64,000 nt of DNA from Paramecium tetraurelia. Its lineage: Eukaryota. A program made the translations under genes and the position numbers. Shown piece after piece: positions 53,201 through 64,000 of this stretch (positions within the stretch are counted from its first letter, which is position 1; each line of letters starts with the position of its first letter). The stretch lies in NCBI GenBank assembly GCA_000165425.1, contig CT868665.1, positions 248,001-312,000 on the forward strand. The letters run 5' to 3'. The notes beneath the pieces are model-generated. The model was not told the DNA's origin and did not search any database. It saw nothing but the letters and a program-made list of their open reading frames with translations.

Positions 53201-55429
53201 AATTTTAAGAGGTCGAACAAACTGAATAGTTTTCAAGATTTGTACTACAAAAACACTATCCATTTTGATTGAGATATCCAGCTTAACAGGTTGTACATGA
53301 GTATTCCTGACAAACCAGACATCCACTCGAACATTATAAACAATCCTCTTCCTTCGAATTATAGTAATATCCAATTGCACAGGAACCAGAAGATAAAGAT
53401 GTTTTAATCTACCAAACCAAGCATCCTGTGCTATCACAACTATCACAGAATTTTGGACATGGTTCTACCATTACTCGAAAATTGTATATGCCATAGTATT
53501 AGTGGATACCTAAAAAATCATTTTTCTGAAGAGTGATCTAAAATGAATTTGTTGAAGCTGTAAGAAAAGGAGTCTCTATGAATACTTCTGAGTGATATTC
53601 TAAGTCACTTTTTCCTATCTTATTCCCAACGGAAACAAATTGAAATTAATCTCCGACTCCTTATCCCACATAATAGGCTGGTACTGTTAGACTTGTGGTA
53701 ATTTTAAACTTGTCATCAATTTAATAATCAATTGCAATTACATTCATCTTTATGTACGCCTTGTAAAATTAATAAGGTGATGTAACAGTATAAGTTAATG
53801 ACACTCCATCAAAAATTGGCAAACCCCCCAGAATTGAGTATTCAGTCATTCCATAAATAAATTTACTAAATGGCACATCCATAAAAATGGTAGGTTAATT
53901 TAATACAATCTTGGTCATCTCGCTCTGATAATTGTTGTTATCATAAAATGAATTGAAAATATATTAGAATGTACTACCCATCCCATCTTCTTGGCATAAG
54001 CTTCCAATCAAAGTTGTTTGAAGGGGACATTGAGTAACACATTTATCATCGAATAGGTAGTACCCAGTTTAACAAGACAAACAAGATTTCTTATTGTTTT
54101 ATTTACAAGTCAAACAGTTAGTCTAACACTCATTTACATTTCCTGATTAAGTCAATTTGAAGATCTGAAAATCCTTAATCCCCCAACCTCTATATGGTTT
54201 GAGTATAGTGAATCTACCTTCAAATGTCAATTTATTTATCTCATAATCCAAATTGGTCACAAATTAGATATCTCTATAAGAACATCGTTGAAAAATTGCA
54301 AATTAACATTCATTAACATTGTTTGCTTTTCCTACGCCTACATTAGAAAAAATCAGAACATCATCATAGTCATCCAATTCTAACACCTTGAATCCATTAA
54401 ATTTCACATTGATAAAACCTCCCACTTGTTATGATTGATTATAATGCAGGAAATATAATCGAAATTTCACTAAAATCAGGGAATTTGCTATCACCGACAA
54501 AGGAGAATAAACTACTTCTTCGTTATACATAAATGGACCTGCAATCTTCTCTCCATTAATCTCCATGATTCTATAACTATTATCATTCTTATCAGAATAG
54601 TATTTGTCTTTATTTAAATAAAACAAATAGGATGCAAAATTACTCTGCAAGTCTTCGAACAGTAACGTTGCTGTTCCTGGCTGACATAAACCATTCCAAT
54701 CTGGCACGAATCCAGAAGGACATTCATCTACCCATTATAAATCAGGGTTATAGAGCTTTAATTTCGATTTATTCTCAAATTAACAAATTCCGTTCTTTTA
54801 TATGATATTGTTCTCACATATCAAACAATTGCCATTTCTATCGCATACGTCACAGTATTTGTCACAGAACTAAACATACAAATAAAAATTGGATAATGCA
54901 AAAATTCTCGTTATTGGCAATCCTAACTTCACTATTTCGATATTAATTTGGTTTGCTGTAAAATCAGAACTGTGTGATACTTTGTTCAAATAATCATCAA
55001 CGGAATTAGGACCTCCAGGGACCTGACAATACACCACCGATGGAGTTGATGGGGATGATTTAAATGTGCTATCATAAATGATCTCGTTATTCAGATATAT
55101 GATTGTTCTGGTGTTGTCCCAATAGTCGATATAATATAAGTCCAATTCAATTCGTATTGCTGAAAACTTGCGGTTTGTTGGCAATAAAATCCTTCTCCAT
55201 ATCTTATCCTTCCCACCTGCCATATAGGTGGAGGAAACTGAAGTGCACAAAGTAGAGTCTATTGTTGTTAAAGAACTCAGAGTTGAATCAGAATTTAAAC
55301 CTATCCAATCACTGCTTGATGCCACGTCATATAATTCATGCTTGTAAACTTCCCATTCTACTCTCAGTAATAGATAAACTTACCACAAATTACGACATAC
55401 AACTAAGTAACTACTATTAAAGCTTTCAT
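50220..55429 (-). CDS. Giant Cys-rich surface protein: furin-like repeats, Myxococcus-type Cys-rich repeat and C-terminal multi-TM domain
   Basis: Signal peptide MKALIVV.... Dense CxxxCxxC repeats at ~52090-53460. CGDKIVQWNEDCDDGNSDPKDGC at ~52325-52395. FWNLLDILQLISYLQF and several TM helices at ~50460-51550. Confidence 0.8.
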
Positions 55430-56058
55430 TTATATACTAAAAATAAATATGCATTATTTCTTTCCATATTAATACAAAATTCTTATTATTTTAATCAATT
55501 GTTATTCTTCTGTAAGTTTCCTACCTTGCTCCTCAGATTTTCCCCCCTCTAAACATCAATCCGCAACTTCCTCCCTTCTCAAATGTCAATTAATAATACA
55601 GGTGCATACTACATAAATTATTTCAACTTTATAAAAGAAATAAATATTTCTTAATTTTATTATAACCATAATTATATTTAACTTCATTTGAAACATCTAA
55701 CCATTATATAATCATTCATTCTGCTCTCTCTGTCTACAGAACACTTGCTCCTCTTTGGCAGTTTGGACACCAAATAGAATTAGATCAATAAATGATAACT
55801 TAAATAATATATCTAATATTTAATTTAAGTGAAATGATATCTTTTTGTATCTCTCTTTTTTGTTCATCAAGAATATACAAGTGTGATCCATCCATTAAGT
55901 CAAACAATAGTTAATCATTTATAAATGAATTTTGATTGGAATTAGTTTAGTAAATCTTCAAAAATGATAATTAATGGGAAGCAATGGTGTATATCATTTA
56001 ATTAATATGCAAACTCAATTTAAATCTTTAAGCAAAATATTTATTTAAAAATCAAAAT

Positions 56059-58023
56059 ATGCAAACAAAAGAAATTCACCAATAATTAATACCTCCCCAA
56101 ACTACTCCATAATAAATGAAGACCATCATTTTCATTGAAAACTTAGATTAGGTATGAATCTCTTCACAATCAATTCTAGGGTATTTCAGAAGATTATCTG
56201 TATCGTAAGTTTAAGGAAGTAGGAGAAATCCAAAGCTTAAAGATTACCAAAGACAAGATCACTCAGAAATCAAAAGGATAAGCATTCATTACATTTGCTC
56301 ATCCAGATTCTGCTGAGGAAGCAAGAAAGAAATTCAATAGTCAAGTCTTCATCAGAAATACCATCAGAGTCAAACCATACTTCAATTATCACATTGCTGA
56401 TAAAAAAGCTAACATCTTCATCAATAATCTCTCAGAAGATGCTGATATTTTGGAATTGGAGTAAGAATTTTCAAGGTTTGGTACTGTGTTATCGGTTGAT
56501 ATTCACAGAGACAGTCAAGGAAAGCAATTAAAGTATGTTATTGAGGATTACAATTTTTAGTTATGGTTATGTTCAATTTGAGAAGAAGGAAGATGCTGAT
56601 AATCTGATAAAGAGAATTATGAATCACCCAATCACTCACAAGGGGAAGTTGTTGAAATTGGAACAGTTCAAAGCCCAATCAGAGAGAAAGATCGAATCCA
56701 GTTCCATTTATTTGAGAGCCTTTGCTAAGCCACTTCAATAGAAGTACTTCGAAAAGGAAAAGGTCGTCAGAGCAATCGAATATGGGTGGTCCTTAATCAT
56801 CAAAGAGTATTTCACTAAGCATGGCCAATAAGTTAAAGACTGCTTTGTCAAGATTGACTTCCATACCAGACAACCTTGGACTATGATCTCATTCGAATCA
56901 TCAGAACAAGCCAGAGACAATTTGGAAATTTGCGAATAATAAAGAACACATCCATGTATCAATTCAGGTGCTCATCATGCTTTGGAATTAATTAATAAGC
57001 ATGGCCCACCTGTCAATAGCGATGCAAGTCAAGCCTTCACTGTTGCTGAAATTACTTAGGCATTCAAAGAGATGGCTCAGGATCATAATGACACTTTCAA
57101 AGGAGAAAGTGAAAATTTCTTTTACAATATGGTCTACAGCAAAAACTTGAATCCTGATGACAGATTGATTCTCGTTCAAAATATAAAGGAAGATGTAACT
57201 AAGGAGCAAATCCAAGAGTTCTTATCACGATTTGGAAAAGTTATTCGTTTAACAATCAGAAAAACCAAGAATCCCAGATTCTAAGTTTAATAATGCTTTG
57301 TTCATTATTAAACCATGGAAGATTCAAAAAGAGCAAGATCAGAAATCTATGATGACAAAAATGAAGAGATTATCAAAATTAAGAAAGCATTTTTCAAGGA
57401 TGGCCACGTGATGATGAACATTTTGTTGTCCAAATCTATGAGAAAGGAATTCAAGGAAATCAAAAAACAAAGTCAAAGCATCTTCCAAAATCCAGGAGGA
57501 AGACAACTACTCTAACCACCTTTCGGTGGAAACCTCCCTATGATGCCTCCTCAAATGCCCTTCCCCCCTGGAGGATAAGGAATGAGACAAATGCCCCCAA
57601 GAGGAGGAGGAAGAGGCGGTCCTTTCCCCATGGTTAGACCATAAAATCTTAGACCTCCCCCCATGAACACTAAGCCTATCTAACTACTCCCTAACAAAGT
57701 GAATCCTCCTTAGTCATTCATCCATGAGTTTTCTGATTACGCTTTAGTCTAAAGTAGAATGGAAGATTTCTTGAAAATCCCTGTAATTGATTAAAGAAAT
57801 GTTCTTGGTAATCTACTTTTCCAAAAAGTCTTCGATGTTGTAAAGGATAAAGAGGCAACCAAAAAAGTTGTAGGTATTTATTTAGTGTCATCATTTAGGT
57901 ATGTTAATTGATCCATCATAATTTGAAATTGGTGACATCTTGAATATGTTTGAAGACAGCTAAGAACTTCAAACCTATATTGACGAAGGTCTTTCATTGA
58001 TTAAAGAAGATACTCAAAAATGA
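56059..58023 (+). CDS. Polyadenylate-binding protein-like (RRMs, Pro/Met/Gly-rich linker, MLLE/PABC domain)
   Basis: RRM1 IFIENLD...KITKDKITQKSKGQAFITF; RRM2 ANIFINNL...YGYVQFEK. C-terminal QRNVLGNLLFQKV...KKVVGMLID. Introns 56152-56179, 56533-56560, ~57874-57898. TGA at 58021-58023. Confidence 0.85.
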
Positions 58024-58107
58024 GTTATTATTATTGCATTATGTACAAAAAACAAAAATAAAATAAATAATTTAAATATAACTATCTTCTTTCATTTTAA
58101 TTTTCAA

Positions 58108-60855
58108 TCATAAATCATCTAAAGAAAAATCATTTGAATTTATGATAGCAGTATCCTTTCGAAAGGTTTGTGCCTTTTCTCCAAGGTGCTATTACACTTA
58201 AGGTGACACTCTTCTAGCAGTCTAACTAAAATTTTTCAAAAGGAATTCCATCTTTTTTGATTTTTAAACAGCAATCTACTTAACTTTCTTATTGATTAAT
58301 AGATTTCTGTTGTATTGACTCAATCTATCACTTAAACTACAAGCTGATTCTGAATTATCGACCTTCTACTCTTTATAATAGTCCATCTATCTTTCTACTA
58401 CTCGAATGAATTACGTTTAAGAGGCTGAGTTGTTTTAAAGTTACTCATATTAATAAAGTAACATTCTATTATTATTTTCTGTTTTGATTTTATTTTTTAT
58501 CTTTAGTCCTTTGACACTAGCCATCCATTAGATATCTCCCAAACTGTTTTAATAGAATTACTCATATTAATTGATTGTTTCCTCCCAATTATTATGCAGA
58601 TTATACTTTAAATTCAATGATAACTACGATTTTTGAATCTTAAAGTTTTTATTAGATATGTCCTCTACATTCTACATATTCAAACAATTTTATTTGTATT
58701 TTTAAATACAATCTTAGTTTTAGTAAATAAAGTACTCATTAGCACTTAAAGGCTTTTAATATATAATCTTAATTTAATTTAAAACTGAAATAGTAGATGT
58801 ACCTATGTTTGATTAATATTTCCAGCCATATTTTAATTTCATTATGATTAAGTTTACAAAAATAGCAATAATCAACTTTTCTTGAAGGAGTTCAGTGAAA
58901 TAATATAAATTTTTCAATTCCAAAAGAAGATTATCACTATTTTAATGTTGTTTAATGATTTAAGAAATGTTCACTAAAATTTCCTGAATTTTAGATGGCA
59001 AAGACTGTTGGGATGATTGCTATTATCGATTAGCAAATTGACCGCTTTATTCTCTCAATTTTACTTAAGATAAATTTAATCTGACAGCCCTTCTATATTA
59101 CTATTAAGATTAAGGGGAGAGTATTTAGCTTTTCATCTCTGTTGCTTAAAGATTCTAAGTTATTGTTTAGTAACTATCGAGGCTTATCAAATTCTCATTC
59201 TTTTATGAGGTTCGAAGATCCTCATCTTCTATGGATAGTTTCTTTCGTAAGTAATGATTTTCATATTTCCTTTAGACTTTAATTACTTACAATGAAGTTA
59301 TAGACACTTATTTGGCTGTTTTATTCTAAAAATTTAAAGAGAATGGATTAACATTCTTTCCTTAAATCAATTACAAAATAGACACTAACCCCATCGAAGC
59401 TGCACTATGAAGAGGAGTGTTTTTAAATAGATCTCTCTTGTGGAAATCAAATTTTGGAGAGGCACTAGCTAATCGTACAGCAGCTAAAGATGGAAATTTT
59501 ACAGCCGCATGCAAACTAGTTAATTTCAATCGGTTTCTAATGTTTGGATCGCATCCCATGTCTAAAAGAAGCTATTCTTTAAGTTTTAAACTACTTTGAC
59601 CATCATAGATGCTAATTATTATTGTCGTGCATTTCTGCCAAAAGATGTCATTGCTACATGCATTACAGTTGATCCATCAGTAATATCAATTTGATTATGT
59701 CCATTAATATCCTTTTCTATTTGATAATCCAATTTAATCCCATTCTGAATTAGCATTTTCATTAAGTGAATATCCTGTCGTTTTGCTGATAACATAAACA
59801 AAGTTTACATCTCAATTATATTTTTCTTAAAAATGGGCAATAGACATTAAATACATTTCGTTCTATTCAAGTTAAATGCATAAATAAGAGGAGAACAATC
59901 TTCCTCGTCTTTTATCATTATCAATTCTGGATATTTTTAACTATATTGCTTTAATAAGCCTATGGAATCTCTGGAAATAAATGTAAATAAAATATTCTTA
60001 CCACTAATATTATTATAATTTAATACTTTTAAACCAGTTACTCAATATCAAACACCTTGCCAACCATGTAATAATAAAATAATGAAAAGGTGATTATTTC
60101 TTATCTCTAAACTACTCTTTGGCCCAAAGATACTAGTTTTTATTTGATTTACTCGTCTAATTCACAATTTATAGCACAATAATCGAACCAGTCAAGATCG
60201 AAATATTACAATGAGTCTAAAATCTACTCATACTTGGCTGGAAGGGTAGTAAATTAATTTGATCTTAGCCCAAGATAAATTAATTTTAATTCAAATAGTT
60301 CAGAAGGTAAATATTCTATATTATTGCTATTTAAATTTAACTCCTTTAGAGTCTTTAGTTTAAACAAACTCGACTGCAGTTATTCTAAATAGGGTATGAA
60401 AACAATTATACTTATTTAATTTTCAGATAAAATTAACTTTTCTAAATTTGGAAGATAAAATTTAATTGGAATTTGTTAGATCTGATTATTACTCAAATTG
60501 AGGTTCTTGAGGTTAGTGTAATTTCTGAGTTACAATAATACATACCTTAATTGATTTGGGAATTAATCGAATAAGTTATTTGATGCATCTAAATCTTATA
60601 ATGATTTTGATAATGTATCCATCACAAATGAGGTAGGGAAAAGAGATTAATTACTCAAATTTACTTTTAAAGGGGACTCTGTTATATATTATTTTGTACA
60701 TTCTCTAATTCATCATCTTTTCTTAATTTAAGTCTATCAAAAGGAGTTCGCATTGGAGGTACATATGCTTTTTTCGGAATTTCCTGTTCACTGTCTAAAA
60801 CTTCTTGAGAACTTTTTGATGACAGTTAGCTCATTAATGACAGCAAAGATTGCAT
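58108..60855 (-). CDS. Ankyrin-repeat protein; 3' end approximate
   Basis: DCSPLIYAF, GSTVMHVAM, GCDPNIRNRLKLTSLHAAVK and KNTPLHSAASMG ankyrin motifs at ~59370-59910. Confidence 0.75.
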
Positions 60856-60906
60856 TTTTTATGATAAACTCTTTATCTCTAAAAATATAAAAATAATAAT
60901 ATGAAG

Positions 60907-63205
60907 TCATTATTCATAAGAAACTTATTCTTATTATTATATTAGCCATGAAAACCTCTTTTTTATATGATACAACAAGTCCCAGTCTTGGCCAGAAGGA
61001 CAACTAAATGTTTAAATATTAATTATACGTTGTATGTCCCAATTACTTCTGAACGATCCTAGGGCCTTCCGATTAATTTAATCTCTCTATCAAAAAGTAT
61101 ATCTAAAACGATTATTTATGCAATTATTACCTTCTCTATCTAACTCAAATTTTCATCGTCATTATACGAGATCTCCAAAGCAGAGAGGGCAAGAGATTCT
61201 ACGAACATGTGTTAATCAATGTGGCCACTCTTGATATTTGAATTTTCTTGATTCTCATATAATTTGGACAATATCTAAAATATTTAAACTATCTTATTTT
61301 TGGTCAATAAATCGGGGAATATTGAGAAATCCTAATAATTAGTTATAATATAATTACTTTGTAAAATCTCAAAAACTACTCAAAATTCATTATCTATTTA
61401 CCAATGGTGTATTATTTATAGTAAACTAAAATTGATTTATGTAACAATCCTAAAAACTCAACGATTTCTTTATCCTTTAAAATATTCATTAATTAAGAGA
61501 GGAGATCTTTCATTTTATTTTCAGGTCCTTGACTCATTAGATGTAATATATGATCATTCAAAATGATTCTTAACACATGGATGTCATTGGTTAGCAATTA
61601 GAGACCCTTTAAAAACTATAAGAAATTCATTGTTTATTTCTTTTATTTGATTGGAACTGAAGTTCTATTGTTTTGAGATACCGTACAGGCTTTGGTAAAT
61701 ATTAGATCAATTTCATTGTGAGGTACTTAGTATGATAATTTACTATTTTTATCAATTAAATTAATGTTAACTAAATTTGCATCTTTTAAAAATTTCATCC
61801 ATTTACTGCCAACTAATTCGTTATCTTGTCCAGTTTATTAGTTAATTCCTGAATATTATCTATAGATATTAAACAATTATGTGTAATTTTCTTAAAATAA
61901 TTGTTGGCATTATTCCTCGAATTATTTATTAATCTATATCGATGGTCGAACTCTATTAGTAGGTACTGTATTGATTCTTTTGACTTATTCATCATAGAAT
62001 TCTTCATTTTTTAAATGATGAATCTTCATTCTTTGAGTTGTAGAGTTCAAATATTGAATTGCATCAGGATCACTAATAATTAATTCTATAAGTTCTTCTG
62101 GTACTTTTAATTTCCAATTCATTTTAGAATTATTTGAAGGTATTTCCAGATTGCTAAATCCCTGACTCAATTCCATGCGTTCAAATAAAAAGGCCAGTTT
62201 TTATAATGGAGTTATCATTTATTATTCTTAAGTGGAATCATCGAAGCTTTGAAGTGTCATCATCGCTAATTTTATAATATAACAACAAAATTAATTAACA
62301 TCGAATTTTGACTTTTATTTTTTTTATTAACAAATTTGAGGCAAATTGGGGTCAGCTTAAATGGAATCTAATAGGAGATAAGCAGATCCTTTAGTAATGA
62401 ATTGAGGGCCAGATTTCAAAATCTTTTTAAAAATAAAAATAGAGACGATCGGAATCTATTGTTTCAACATCAATTCTTCTTATTAGTCTTTCAAATTGAA
62501 ATTCTTTAAATTAAGGAGGGAAAATATTTATTATAAATAAAAGGTAATGGGTTGTATAACAACTTACATTAACTTTAGGCAAATTGGATCAATTTCTTAA
62601 GATAATTTTGTCTCCTCATCCCCCAAATCAGTTGATGAGATTATATTCTCATATAATGGAGTCAAATGGTTGTCCATTAATATTTAAAATGAGTTATCCT
62701 CTCCATATAGGGTTTCGGATAATAATTCTAAAAAGTAATAGAAGTTTTCAAAATCCATGTTTGGTTTATTTCTATTTGCTTTAACAAATAGTAAATCAAT
62801 TTATTACTAATCTTGTTTTTGAAGTCTGATTTGTGAGTCTGACATCAATTTATGTATTTTGTTTGATCTGATATAATCAATATTGGTTCTGTCTCCAAAG
62901 GATGCATAAAATTTGAAAATTACACTCAACTTTTTTTTATCATCCACTCTTTTGACTTCAACTACAGGAATCTCTACTTTAGATTTTTGCATTTGAAGTT
63001 TCTGCTAGTATTTTGCTCCATATGAATATAATTGATTTTTTGTTGTTTGGATTGAACAATTTTCTTTGTTATCGATTCTTGAATATGTGGACTCTTCTTT
63101 TTTATTTCTGATTCCACTTCTATTTCTCAATTCAATGCTATCTAATCTTGATTCTAGCTTTTGGAAATCTCTTTATAATGAATAGTTAGAACTTGAGCTT
63201 CTCAT
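60907..63205 (-). CDS. p25-alpha (TPPP)-like repeat protein with a local cluster of frameshifts at ~62280-62560
   Basis: IFKFYASFGDRTNIDYIRSNKIHKLMSDS...IDLLFVKA...MDFENF, and a second unit GSKWMKFLKDANL...EIDLIFTKA. Three short introns in the 3' part (~61004-61028, ~61083-61110, ~61332-61357). Confidence 0.55.
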
Positions 63206-63297
63206 TGGATTATTCAAATTTTATAATTAAAAAAACAAGTTAAATCAAAATATCAAATCAGTTAGAATACAATAACAATACAGAAGTCATATAAATT

Positions 63298-64000
63298 TCA
63301 TTAGTTTCTTCTATTATTCATGGTGTAATTAATTAAGTTAGATTTAGCCTAAATGCCAGGGAATATTGATAAAGCTTATTTTTCAAATAACTTATTTTGG
63401 GCATGTGTAACAATTTGAGGTCCAGCATAAGAAGAATTGTAGGAGGTTTGCATTGTTGATAAATTGATTTTGTTTTATTGTATATTTGTTCTTGTATTAA
63501 TAAATTTAGTAGTGAGCATACAATTTCTATTGTTATTGATGTTTTAGGGAAGAAAATTAGTTTTAGTTTCCTACTTTGAAGCATTTCCTAGAAAGTCATT
63601 GTTTTTAAGAGTTTATCTGAATTCATTTTGAATGATAGCCTCTTATTTCACCTAATTTCCAATTTTTACTTATGGTTCAGATTTTTTGATGTCAAGTGGT
63701 TTTTCTATTTCTTTTTCATTATGATTAACTTGATTATCATCTGATTCTTTTTAGTTAGATTATTTTTCATTTTCTTTAGGTGATCTTAATTGTTTTTCAA
63801 ATAGTTTCAATTATCGTTAAAATCCACTATTTGGACAAATGACAAATCTTTTGCTCTTGACATGAGAGAATGCTTCACTGTATGTCCATCCTTTATTTCT
63901 CATGAGATACGCTATTACTATGGATGCTGACCTCGAAACTCCAGCTGCACAATGAACAAGAACAGATCCAGATTTCAACCCATTTTTAATGTGATAAAAA
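63298..64000 (-). CDS. Dual-specificity protein phosphatase (5' end beyond the window)
   Basis: VLVHCAAGVSRSASIVIAYLM...VKSKRFVICPNSGFQRQL at ~63810-63965. Confidence 0.92.

Noticed and set aside
60901..61310. Plus-strand fragment resembling a UAS/FAF domain
   Set aside because: It has multiple TGAs, and the region is explained by spliced 3' exons of the minus-strand p25-alpha-like gene.
1..64000. CRISPR arrays, prokaryotic defence systems, transposases, tRNA/rRNA, telomeric C4A2/C3A3 repeats
   Set aside because: None seen by eye. The sequence is eukaryotic ciliate DNA, and its repeats are coding microsatellites or Cys-rich protein repeats.

Overview
AT-rich, gene-dense eukaryotic DNA from a ciliate somatic (macronuclear-type) genome, most likely Paramecium. 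TAA/TAG read as Gln and TGA is the only stop (genetic code 6). Introns are tiny 23-29 nt GT..AG elements, and intergenic gaps are often under 100 bp. The supplied ORF track stops at TAA/TAG and so fragments nearly every gene; I re-translated by hand with code 6. About 26 genes were found. Clearly recognisable: CKS1, SURF1, an LC8-type dynein light chain, an ML/NPC2-domain protein, a PX protein, a PABP-like RRM/MLLE protein, an EF-hand EML5/6-like WD40 protein, a CAMK-type kinase, a dual-specificity phosphatase and a CFAP97-family protein. Also present: two giant Cys-rich surface/membrane proteins (one with polycystin-1-like REJ-GPS-TM architecture), a degenerate histidine-kinase-like protein, a pseudokinase and a trichocyst matrix protein pseudogene. 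Most worth follow-up: (1) an intronless gene fusing a GTSF1/U11-48K-type CHHC zinc finger to a C-terminal RING domain (25584-27185); (2) a membrane protein with a metallothionein-like (CGD)6 Cys/Asp-rich N-terminus (20080-21801); (3) a candidate ~95 nt structured ncRNA between convergent genes (47976-48072). Domain calls come from motif recognition by eye, not database searches. Ends of the hypothetical genes are approximate.
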